From Maricaulaceae bacterium (lineage in GTDB: Bacteria; Pseudomonadota; Alphaproteobacteria; Caulobacterales; Maricaulaceae), in assembly GCA_050050115.1 (NCBI GenBank), contig JASFUX010000001.1, forward strand, positions 1-47,540: 47,540 bases of DNA. The letters run 5' to 3'. The translations under genes and the position numbers were made by a program. Below are positions 19,643 through 27,548 of the stretch, piece by piece. The first letter of the stretch is position 1, and the number at the start of each line of letters is the position of its first letter. The notes under the pieces were generated by a model. That model saw nothing but the letters and a program-made list of their open reading frames with translations, was not told where the DNA came from and made no database searches.

Positions 19643-21150
19643 GCGTAGATCTTTCGATCGGCTTTGACGCTTTCAAAGCCGCCTACGAGTCGGGGGAGCC
19701 TCAGCTCGTCTCGACTCGGATTGTCGACGACATCGAAACGCCGGTTTCGGCCTATCTGAAGCTCGGCCAGGACCGGAAGAACGCGTTCCTGCTCGAGTCT
19801 GTCGACGGGGGAAACTGGCGCGGACGCTTCTCGATCATCGGCCTCGACCCGGATCTGATCTGGCGCGTCGACGACGGCCGGGCGCGGATTGCTCGCGGCG
19901 ATGACGTGGCAACGGAGACCTTCGCTGACGACGACAAGGCGCCGCTCGACTCTCTGCGCGCCGTCATCGCCGAGAGCGCGCTTGAGATTCCCGCCAAGCT
20001 GCCGCCGCCTGCAGCCGGCCTCTTCGGCTACTTGAGCTATGAGACGGTCCGTTTCGTCGAGAAAATTCCGGTGCGTGAGGAGAACCCGGTCGGCGCGCCG
20101 GACGCGATCCTGCTGCGCCCGACGGTAGTGGTGATCTTCGATGCGCTGACGGCCGAGATGGTGCTCGCCACGCCCGTGCGTCCCTCGCCCGACGTGGACG
20201 CCGAAGCCGCCTATGCGGCGGCTGAAGCACGTCTTTCAAAGGCGCTCGACGAGCTGGACGCGCCTTGGCCGCGCCATCGTCCGTCTCAGGACGAGCCCGA
20301 ACCAATCGAAGCCGCGACCTGCGTGACGCACGAGGCCTACCGCGCCGCCGTCGAGAAGGTGAAGGACTACGTCCGCGCGGGCGACATCTTCCAGGCCGTG
20401 CCGAGCCAGCGCTTCTCCACGCCGTTCGCGCAGAAGCCGTTTTCGCTCTATCGCGCTCTGCGCCGGCTCAATCCCTCCCCGTTCCTGTTCTTCTTGAACT
20501 TCGGCGACTTCGCCATCGTCGGCTCGAGTCCGGAGATCCTCGTGCGCGTGCGCGCCGGGCAGATCACCATCCGCCCGATCGCCGGCACCCGCCCCCGCGG
20601 CAAGACCGAAGCCGAGGACGAGGCGCTTGAGCGCGAGCTGCTGGCTGACGAGAAAGAGCGCGCGGAACACCTGATGCTACTCGACCTTGGCCGCAACGAC
20701 GCCGGCCGAGTCGCCAAGCCCGGCACGGTGCGGGTCACCGACCAGTTCATGATCGAGCGCTACAGCCACGTGATGCACATCGTCTCGAACGTCGAAGCCG
20801 AGCTGCGCGAGGACTGCGACGTTATCGACGCGCTCTACGCGGGCTTTCCCGCCGGCACCGTCTCCGGCGCTCCAAAGGTCCGCGCGATGGAGATCATCGC
20901 CGAGCTCGAGACCGAACGACGGGGGGTCTACGCAGGCTGCGTCGGCTACTTCTCGGCTGGCGGCGACATGGATACTTGCATCGCCCTCAGAACCGGCGTG
21001 GTCGCGGACGGAACGCTGCACGTGCGCGCCGGCGGCGGCGTAGTGTTCGACTCCGATCCGGAGTCCGAACGGATGGAGACCGTGCACAAATCCGGTGCCC
21101 TCTTCCGCGCCGCAGCCGAAGCTGCGCGCTACCGCGACGAGAACCGCTGA
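19639..21150 (+). CDS. trpE: anthranilate synthase component I
   Basis: 503 aa. It has LLESV (the Trp feedback motif LLES), the chorismate-binding domain SPE..VR, GTRPRG, DEKERAEHLMLLDLGRNDAGRV and GYFSAGGDMDTCIALRT. Confidence 0.95.
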   Translation: MSVDLSIGFDAFKAAYESGEPQLVSTRIVDDIETPVSAYLKLGQDRKNAFLLESVDGGNWRGRFSIIGLDPDLIWRVDDGRARIARGDDVATETFADDDKAPLDSLRAVIAESALEIPAKLPPPAAGLFGYLSYETVRFVEKIPVREENPVGAPDAILLRPTVVVIFDALTAEMVLATPVRPSPDVDAEAAYAAAEARLSKALDELDAPWPRHRPSQDEPEPIEAATCVTHEAYRAAVEKVKDYVRAGDIFQAVPSQRFSTPFAQKPFSLYRALRRLNPSPFLFFLNFGDFAIVGSSPEILVRVRAGQITIRPIAGTRPRGKTEAEDEALERELLADEKERAEHLMLLDLGRNDAGRVAKPGTVRVTDQFMIERYSHVMHIVSNVEAELREDCDVIDALYAGFPAGTVSGAPKVRAMEIIAELETERRGVYAGCVGYFSAGGDMDTCIALRTGVVADGTLHVRAGGGVVFDSDPESERMETVHKSGALFRAAAEAARYRDENR

Positions 21151-21196
21151 ACCGGCTAAGCTCCCCGAAAATCAGACAAACCAAGGGGAGACGATC

Positions 21197-22414
21197 ATGG
21201 GCGATCACCTGCAAAGCGCCGCCCGGCGGCGGTTTTTAAGCTTTCTCGCCGCCAGCCCGTTGGCCGCTTCGGCAGGGGTCGGTCTGCGCGCGTTTGCTCA
21301 AGATGACGCGCCCTATCTCATTTCCAGCGCTGAAGAAGCGCTCAACGTCTTCGAGCTTCAGGCCGTCGCCGAGCGGACGATCCCGCCGGCGCACTACGGC
21401 TATCTCGCCGGCGGTGTCCTCGACGACCGCACAATCGAGGCGAACCGGCGCGGCTATGACAAATGGGGCTTGCGCGCCCGTCGGCTGGTCGACATCTCCC
21501 GAATCGATCTCTCCATCGAGCTGTTCGGCGAAACCTGGAATTCGCCCGTCGCCCTCTGCCCGGTCTCCTCGCAGCGCGCCTTCCACGCTGAAGGCGAAGC
21601 CGCCGTCGCCGCCGCCTCGGGCGAACGCGGCGCGCTGCAGATCCTCTCGACGCTGACGACCACGCCGATCGAGCAGGTGATCGAGTTGCGCGAGCGGCCG
21701 GTCTGGTTCCAGCTCTACCCCACCAACAACCTCGACATCGCCGAGCAGCTCGTCGCCCGCGCAGATGCGGCAGGCGCGAGCGCCATCGTCTTCACTGTCG
21801 ACCTTCTGGGCGGCGGCATGCGCCGCGAGACCGAGGCGCTCTGGGCGCGGCGCGATGATCGCGACTGCACGGTCTGCCACGACCGCAGCCGCGGCTACGA
21901 CTTCGCGCGCAAGAGCATGTTCAGCGATTTCGACATGGCGGGCGTGTTCACGCCGCTCAATTCCACGCTCACTTGGGACTATGTCGATCGCCTGCGCGAG
22001 ATGACCGACAAGCGCGTTCTGGTCAAAGGCGTGATGACGCCCGAGGACGCCGAGCTGGCGATCGGGCGCGGGGTCGACGGAATCATCGTCTCCAACCACG
22101 GCGGCCGCTCCGAAGACAGCCTGATCGGCACGGTCGACGTGCTGCCCGAGATCCTTCAAACGGTGAACGGACGAATCCCCGTGCTGATCGACGGCGGGAT
22201 CCGCCGCGGCGCGGACGCCTTCAAGGCGCTAGCCCTGGGCGCGAGCGCGGTCTGCATCGGCCGGCCTTACTGCTGGGGCCTCGGCGCCTTCGGTCGCGAC
22301 GGCGCGGCGGCGGCGATGCGCCTGATCGACGAAGAGCTGACCCAGACCATGCGCCAAGCCGGCGTCACTCGCGTGTCTGACATCGGCCCGGAGCACGTCG
22401 CGCGACTGGGCTAG
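21197..22414 (+). CDS. FMN-dependent alpha-hydroxy-acid oxidase/dehydrogenase with twin-arginine (Tat) signal peptide
   Basis: ORF trimmed to the ATG at 21197 (AAGGGGAG 7 nt upstream). The N-terminus MGDHLQSAARRRFLSFLAASPLAASAGVGLRAFA/QDD has RR-x-FL, a hydrophobic h-region and an AxA cleavage site. The core carries glycolate-oxidase/LldD family motifs (VWFQLY, VLVKGV, IIVSNHGGRS, VLIDGGIRRGADAFKALALGA). Confidence 0.85.
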   Translation: MGDHLQSAARRRFLSFLAASPLAASAGVGLRAFAQDDAPYLISSAEEALNVFELQAVAERTIPPAHYGYLAGGVLDDRTIEANRRGYDKWGLRARRLVDISRIDLSIELFGETWNSPVALCPVSSQRAFHAEGEAAVAAASGERGALQILSTLTTTPIEQVIELRERPVWFQLYPTNNLDIAEQLVARADAAGASAIVFTVDLLGGGMRRETEALWARRDDRDCTVCHDRSRGYDFARKSMFSDFDMAGVFTPLNSTLTWDYVDRLREMTDKRVLVKGVMTPEDAELAIGRGVDGIIVSNHGGRSEDSLIGTVDVLPEILQTVNGRIPVLIDGGIRRGADAFKALALGASAVCIGRPYCWGLGAFGRDGAAAAMRLIDEELTQTMRQAGVTRVSDIGPEHVARLG

Positions 22415-22605
22415 CTGCGCAGCCAAAGCCGTGAGGCTTCCGAGCATCTCGGCGCGCGCGAGCATCCGATTGAGCAGCGCGAGCACCGCCCCGAGCGGGA
22501 CAAGCAAGCGCATTTCGACCGGGATAAATCGGACCCGTCCGCCCGCTCGGCGATCAGCCGTACACTGTGCTCATGATCAGCAAGAACGACGCTTCGTCGA
22601 ACGCC

Positions 22606-23469
22606 CTACCGCAAGCTCAACGCCGCCAAAGTCGCACGCGGCGCGTCTCTTTCTCCGGCCAGCTCGCTCAAGGCGACCAACCTGATCCCGCGCGCTTGCG
22701 CCTCGGGAATCCACTGCTCGAGCGCGGCCAAGGTCTCGGGATAGGGATGACCGATCGCCACAGCGGCGCCGCGCGCAAGCGCGATCTCCTCGGTCTCGAC
22801 CAGCGCCGACAGTACGGCGTCGGCGCTTTGGACGTTGTCGAGGAACACGTCGCGACGCAACGCCGGAGCCCCGGCGCGCTCGGCGGCGGCGGCGAGCCGG
22901 CTGTCGGGCGTCGTCACGCTGTCGAGTACGAGTAGCCCGCGCCCGGCGGCTGCGGCGACAACCGGCGCGACGCAGGTAGCGCATTCGGTGAAGCGACTGC
23001 CCATGTGGTTCGACAGCCCGACCGCGCCGGGCGCCCGGTCGAGCGCCGCCTCGACTCGCGCGCGGATCTCGTCAGCGTCGAGCCAGGTTGTCAGCGCGTC
23101 CGGTCCGGGATCGGCGAGGCCCCGCGGCTCCATCGGCACATGCACCAGCGTCTCGTGACCAAGCCCCCTCGCCTGCGCGTCGATCAGCGGCGCGGCTTCA
23201 GCGTAGGGCAGGAGCGCCAGCGTCACTGCGGCGGGCAAGTCCGCCGCCCGGTCGGCGGCGGAGACATCGAGGCCCACATCGTCGATGACGATCGCAATCA
23301 TCGGCGGCTCGTCCGCAACCGCTTCCGTGATCGACAGAAACAGCCCGCAGGCGAGCGCCAACAGCCCCGCCGCCACGGCGCTCCAGGCGAGCCAGATCTT
23401 GCGGGAAATCGGCGCGGCCGGAAGCTCCGGCTCGGCCGCCGAGGGGTGTCTCAGAAAGGCGCTGGTCAT
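22606..23469 (-). CDS. divergent polysaccharide deacetylase family protein (YibQ-like)
   Basis: 287 aa with an N-terminal TM anchor, then IAIVIDDVG...LLPYA...HVPMEP...LSNHMGS...LDS.TT..S...FLDN... These are conserved YibQ/DUF610 blocks. Confidence 0.8.
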   Translation of the reverse strand: MTSAFLRHPSAAEPELPAAPISRKIWLAWSAVAAGLLALACGLFLSITEAVADEPPMIAIVIDDVGLDVSAADRAADLPAAVTLALLPYAEAAPLIDAQARGLGHETLVHVPMEPRGLADPGPDALTTWLDADEIRARVEAALDRAPGAVGLSNHMGSRFTECATCVAPVVAAAAGRGLLVLDSVTTPDSRLAAAAERAGAPALRRDVFLDNVQSADAVLSALVETEEIALARGAAVAIGHPYPETLAALEQWIPEAQARGIRLVALSELAGERDAPRATLAALSLR

Positions 23470-23615
23470 GTCCGGCAGGTCAGCGCCGTTGTCGTTAATG
23501 GAGTCTTACCGCGCCCCGGAGCCTCCCCAAACCGAGGGCTGAGCAGCGCCGCTCGGTTGGCGCACGCGCCGCGCCGCGCTATGAGCACGCGAGCCGTCAG
23601 CAGCAGGCCAGGGCC

Positions 23616-24203
23616 ATGATTCTCGTCGTCGACAATTACGACAGCTTCGTCTTCAACCTCGTGCATTACGTCGAGGAGCTCGGCGGACGCACCAAGGTGA
23701 TCCGCAACGACGACATGTCGGCGAAAGACGCGCTCGGCCTCGGCGCGTCGGCGGTGATCCTTTCGCCCGGCCCCTGCACGCCGGCCGAAGCCGGCATGTG
23801 CGTGGACCTGGTCAAGGCTGCGCCGGAGGAACTGCCGATCCTCGGCGTCTGCCTCGGCCATCAGGCGATCGGCGCGGCGTTCGGCGGCGACGTGATCTCG
23901 GCCAAGGCGATCATGCACGGCAAGATGAGCGCGATCGAACACGACCAGACCGGCGTCTTCGCCGGCCTGCCCTCGCCCTTCACCGCGACCCGTTATCACT
24001 CTCTCGCCGTCAAGGCCGACACCCTGCCCGCCGAGCTGCGCGCCAACGCCCACACAAGCGACGGCGAAATCATGGGCCTCGCGCACGTCTCCCGGCCGAT
24101 CCACGGCGTCCAGTTCCATCCCGAGTCGATCACCTCCCAGCACGGCCACGCGCTGCTGGCGAACTTCCTGCGCATGGCCGGTCAGGCGCTGGAGGCCGCG
24201 TGA
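23616..24203 (+). CDS. trpG: anthranilate synthase component II (glutamine amidotransferase)
   Basis: 195 aa. It has MILVVDNYDSFVFNLVHY, GPCTP, catalytic Cys in GVCLGHQAIG, and the His-Glu pair in GVQFHPES. Confidence 0.9.
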   Translation: MILVVDNYDSFVFNLVHYVEELGGRTKVIRNDDMSAKDALGLGASAVILSPGPCTPAEAGMCVDLVKAAPEELPILGVCLGHQAIGAAFGGDVISAKAIMHGKMSAIEHDQTGVFAGLPSPFTATRYHSLAVKADTLPAELRANAHTSDGEIMGLAHVSRPIHGVQFHPESITSQHGHALLANFLRMAGQALEAA

Positions 24204-25219
24204 GCGCGCTTCAGCCGATCCTTGTTGAGCTCGCCGAGGGCGCGCCGTTGTCGCCTGAGGCGGCCGACGCCGCGTTCAACATCCTGATGGACGGCGAAGC
24301 GGCGCTCGAGGAGATCACCGCTTTTCTGATGGCCCTCCGGGTGCGCGGCGAGTCGGTCGACGAGATCGCCGCCGGCGCCCGCGCGCTCAGAGCCCGCGCG
24401 ATCAAGGTCGAGGCCGGTGATGACGTGATCGACACCTGCGGCACGGGCGGCGGCTGGAGCACGTTCAACGTCTCCACCGCCGCGGCGATCGTCGCCGCCG
24501 GCGCGGGCGCTAAGGTCGCCAAGCACGGCAACCGCACGACGACGCGCAAGTCCGGCTCGGCCGACGTGCTCGAAGCCCTGGGCGTCAACATCGAAGCGAC
24601 GCTGGCTAACGTCGCCCGCTGCATCCGCGAGGCTGGCGTCGGCTTCCTCTTCGCTCGCGCCCACCACTCTGCGATGCGCCACGTCGCGCCGGCGCGCCAG
24701 GCGCTGGGTCTGCGGACGATCTTCAACATGGTCGGTCCGCTCTCAAACCCCGCCGGCGCGACCCGCCAGCTCCTCGGCGTCTATGACGAGGCGCTGGTGC
24801 GACCCATGGCCGAGGCGCTGCGCAAGCTTGGCGCGGTGCGCGCCATCGTCGTGCACGGCGCGGACGGCCTCGACGAGATCACCACCACCGGCCCCACTAA
24901 GATCGCCGAACTGGCCGACGGCGAGATCACCGAGTTCGAGATCAAGCCCGAGGACGCCGGCGTCGCCCGCGCGGCTCGCACCGAGCTCGAAGGCGGCGAT
25001 CCCAAGGAGAACGCCAAGGCCATCAAGAAGATGCTCGACGGCGCGTCCGGCCCTTGCCGCGACATCGTCGCGCTCAATGCTGGCGCGGCGCTGACGTTGA
25101 CCGATCCGGACCTGGACTGGAAGGGCGGCGTCAAGCGGGCTCTGGCGGCGATCGACGACGGCTCAGCCAAGGCGGCGCTGAAACGTCTCGTAGCGGTCTC
25201 GAACGAGAAGAAAGCCTGA
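24200..25219 (+). CDS. trpD: anthranilate phosphoribosyltransferase
   Basis: The long ORF 23798..25219 is trimmed to GTG 24200, which overlaps the trpG TGA (GTGA). It is in frame with [14 protein letters not shown]... and carries [13 protein letters not shown] and LGPLSNPA. Confidence 0.9.
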   Translation: MSALQPILVELAEGAPLSPEAADAAFNILMDGEAALEEITAFLMALRVRGESVDEIAAGARALRARAIKVEAGDDVIDTCGTGGGWSTFNVSTAAAIVAAGAGAKVAKHGNRTTTRKSGSADVLEALGVNIEATLANVARCIREAGVGFLFARAHHSAMRHVAPARQALGLRTIFNMVGPLSNPAGATRQLLGVYDEALVRPMAEALRKLGAVRAIVVHGADGLDEITTTGPTKIAELADGEITEFEIKPEDAGVARAARTELEGGDPKENAKAIKKMLDGASGPCRDIVALNAGAALTLTDPDLDWKGGVKRALAAIDDGSAKAALKRLVAVSNEKKA

Positions 25220-25227
25220 GCAGCGCC

Positions 25228-26022
25228 TTGGCCAACGCTCTGACCAAGATCCTCGCCTACAAGCGCAACGAGGTCGCCGCCGCCAGGGCCGCGACCAGCC
25301 TCGCCGCGCTCGAAGCGCAAGCCGCCGAGCAGAGCCCGCCGCGCGGGTTCGCCGCCGCTTTGAAGGCTGCGGCCGATCGCGACGGGATCGGGCTCATCGC
25401 CGAGATCAAGAAGGCGAGCCCCTCTAAGGGCCTCATCCGCGAGGACTTCGATCCGTCCGCGCACGCCGCCGACTATGCGCGGGGCGGCGCGGCGTGTCTT
25501 TCGGTGCTGACCGACGTACCCAGCTTTCAGGGCGCGCCCGAATACCTCGCCGCGGCTCGCGACGCCTGTCCCCTGCCGGTTCTGAGAAAAGACTTCATGA
25601 TCGACCCTTGGCAGGTCGCCCAATCCCGCGCCATGGGCGCCGATGCTATTCTTGTCATCATGGCCGCCGTGGACGACGCGCTCGCCCAGGACCTCGCCGC
25701 CGAAGCCGAGCGGCTCGGCATGGATGCGCTCGTCGAGGTCCACGACGAGGCCGAAATGGCGCGCGCCGCTGGCCTCGGGGCGTCGCTCATCGGAATCAAC
25801 AACCGCGACCTGACGACGTTCGAAACGACGCTGGCGACCACGGAGCGGCTCGCCAAGCTGGCGCCGCCCGGGCGCCTTCTCGTCTCCGAGAGCGGCATTT
25901 TCGCGCCTGACGACGTCGCGCAGGTCCGTGACGCGGGCGCGCAGGCGATTCTGGTCGGCGAAAGCCTGATGCGCCAAGACGACGTCTTCGCCGCAACCCA
26001 AGCGTTGCTGGGGCGTTGCTGA
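25228..26022 (+). CDS. trpC: indole-3-glycerol phosphate synthase
   Basis: [47 protein letters not shown] and SESGI are TrpC motifs. No in-frame ATG exists after the trpD stop. Candidate starts are TTG 25228 or CTG 25216; the ATG at 25054 would overlap trpD by 166 nt. Confidence 0.85.
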   Translation: MANALTKILAYKRNEVAAARAATSLAALEAQAAEQSPPRGFAAALKAAADRDGIGLIAEIKKASPSKGLIREDFDPSAHAADYARGGAACLSVLTDVPSFQGAPEYLAAARDACPLPVLRKDFMIDPWQVAQSRAMGADAILVIMAAVDDALAQDLAAEAERLGMDALVEVHDEAEMARAAGLGASLIGINNRDLTTFETTLATTERLAKLAPPGRLLVSESGIFAPDDVAQVRDAGAQAILVGESLMRQDDVFAATQALLGRC

Positions 26023-26076
26023 CGCGTTGCTGCGCAACAGCGAATTGAACGGCGCGAATCGCTTGACCGGCGAAAA

Positions 26077-26091
26077 GAACAATCATAGAAC
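26077..26091 (+). promoter_or_regulatory. alphaproteobacterial LexA (SOS) box GAAC-N7-GAAC
   Basis: GAAC-aatcata-GAAC read at 26077-26091, 42-56 nt upstream of the lexA ATG. It matches the direct-repeat SOS box described for Rhodobacter/Rhizobium/Caulobacter. Confidence 0.6.
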
Positions 26092-26132
26092 GAACGCGAA
26101 GTTGATGCTTTGTTCCTTGGAAAGGGACGAGA

Positions 26133-26816
26133 ATGCTTACGCCGAAACAACACGAACTGCTCCTGTTCATCCATAAAAGGATCAAGGAGACCGGTGTTTC
26201 TCCTTCGTTCGATGAGATGAAGGAGGCGCTCAATCTCGCGTCCAAGTCCGGGATCCACCGCCTGATCACCGCGCTCGAAGAGCGCGGTTTCCTGCGCCGC
26301 CTGCCCCATCGGGCCCGCGCGCTGGAGGTGGTCAAGCTGCCGGGCTCGGCGGCGGCCGCCGAAACGGACGAGGCGCCGTCCAACGTGGTCGCGTTCGAGC
26401 GCCCCAAGGCAAAGCCCGCGCCGGCCGACTCCTCGGTCGAGGTGCCGCTGTTGGGCCGAATCGCCGCCGGCACGCCGATCGAAGCGATCCAGCACGAGGT
26501 CGACCGCATTCCCGCGCCGCCGGGGATGCTTGGTCGGGGCGATCACTTCGCCCTCGAGATCAAAGGCGACTCGATGATCGACAAGGGCATCCTTGACGGC
26601 GACACGGTGATCATCCGCCGCTCGGACACCGCCGAGAACGGCGCGATCGTGGTCGCCCTCGTCGACGAGCAGGAAGCCACCTTGAAGACGCTGCGCCGCC
26701 GCGCCGGCGTAATCGCGCTCGAAGCGGCCAACCCCGCCTATGAGACGCGCGAGCTCGAACCGGGCCGCGTGCGCGTGCAGGGCCAGCTCGTCGGGCTCAT
26801 TCGCAAGTACGATTAG
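26133..26816 (+). CDS. lexA: LexA repressor
   Basis: 227 aa. [29 protein letters not shown]... forms the wHTH. The long Ala-rich hinge is typical of alphaproteobacteria. The S24 peptidase part includes the AG cleavage site ([10 protein letters not shown]), the Ser in IKGDSM, and the Lys in ATLKTL. Confidence 0.95.
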   Translation: MLTPKQHELLLFIHKRIKETGVSPSFDEMKEALNLASKSGIHRLITALEERGFLRRLPHRARALEVVKLPGSAAAAETDEAPSNVVAFERPKAKPAPADSSVEVPLLGRIAAGTPIEAIQHEVDRIPAPPGMLGRGDHFALEIKGDSMIDKGILDGDTVIIRRSDTAENGAIVVALVDEQEATLKTLRRRAGVIALEAANPAYETRELEPGRVRVQGQLVGLIRKYD

Positions 26817-27462
26817 ACGGGCCGTCCGCTGCGGGGCTCGCCTCGGCGTCGAGGATCAGCTGGTAGGCGGCGCTGCACCGCTGCGCTGAGCGTGCGCCTT
26901 CTGGCGTGCAGGTCATCGTGGCCTGCAGGATCGCAGGCGTGCGGTCTGCGACCATCAAAGACCAGCGCGCGCGTTCGAAGACGTCCGTATCGTAACCGGG
27001 AGCCTCAAAAGGCAATTCGGGTTCGGGAAGGACGTGCTCATCAAGCGTAGCGCCCTCGGCGGCGAGCGCTTCGGTCAAGACGTCGAAGTCGGCCGCCATC
27101 TCCAATCTGACCGCCAGCACCTGTTCGGCGTTCCCGCAGACGACGACAGACGCATTCGAACCCCAAGCCGGAATCCAGCCCGTGCGGCGGATCCGAGCGT
27201 CAGCGAATCCGGCTTCGCGGACCGGATCGGGCGCAGCGAGATGCCAGCGCATGCGCTGCGCGCGAACCCCGACCGCCGACCATCCAAGCGCCCAGTCGGC
27301 GTCCTCCGTTTCCGGAAGGAAGTCGATGACCGCGCGTGCGACGACCTGAACGAACGTCGCATCTCGATCGGCGAACACTTGCGGCTCAGCGGTGAGCCCC
27401 TGCCCGGCCGCCCCGACGCAGGCGGCGGATGCAGCGATGACTGATACAAGCGCGCGGCGCAT
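26797..27462 (-). CDS. hypothetical secreted/lipoprotein
   Basis: 221-aa ORF with an N-terminal signal and possible lipobox ([17 protein letters not shown]). Codon pattern is consistent with coding. No family recognised. Its last 20 nt overlap the 3' end of lexA on the opposite strand. Confidence 0.5.
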   Translation of the reverse strand: MRRALVSVIAASAACVGAAGQGLTAEPQVFADRDATFVQVVARAVIDFLPETEDADWALGWSAVGVRAQRMRWHLAAPDPVREAGFADARIRRTGWIPAWGSNASVVVCGNAEQVLAVRLEMAADFDVLTEALAAEGATLDEHVLPEPELPFEAPGYDTDVFERARWSLMVADRTPAILQATMTCTPEGARSAQRCSAAYQLILDAEASPAADGPSNRTCE

Positions 27463-27548
27463 CGGCGATCTCCTCGCGAGGTCGATGAAGATCGATGCTG
27501 AGCCAAGCCGTCGAGCAAAATTGTGGCGGGCGGGACGCCCACGCCGCG

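Noticed and set aside
22229-22513. 94-aa minus-strand ORF starting in the oxidase/YibQ spacer
   Set aside because: Two thirds of it is antisense to the 3' end of the oxidase gene. It has no RBS or motif. The 190-nt convergent spacer otherwise shows only a weak 5-bp stem (CGACG-ctt-CGTCG).
23798-25219. 473-aa ORF that would start inside trpG and read through trpD
   Set aside because: The first 134 codons are an out-of-frame overlap with trpG and have Arg/Pro-rich nonsense composition. GTG 24200 overlapping the trpG stop gives a normal-length TrpD.
24781-26082. 433-aa minus-strand ORF
   Set aside because: It is antisense to trpD and trpC, whose motifs are clear. Its low-complexity Arg/Ala/Gly composition marks it as a GC-rich artefact.
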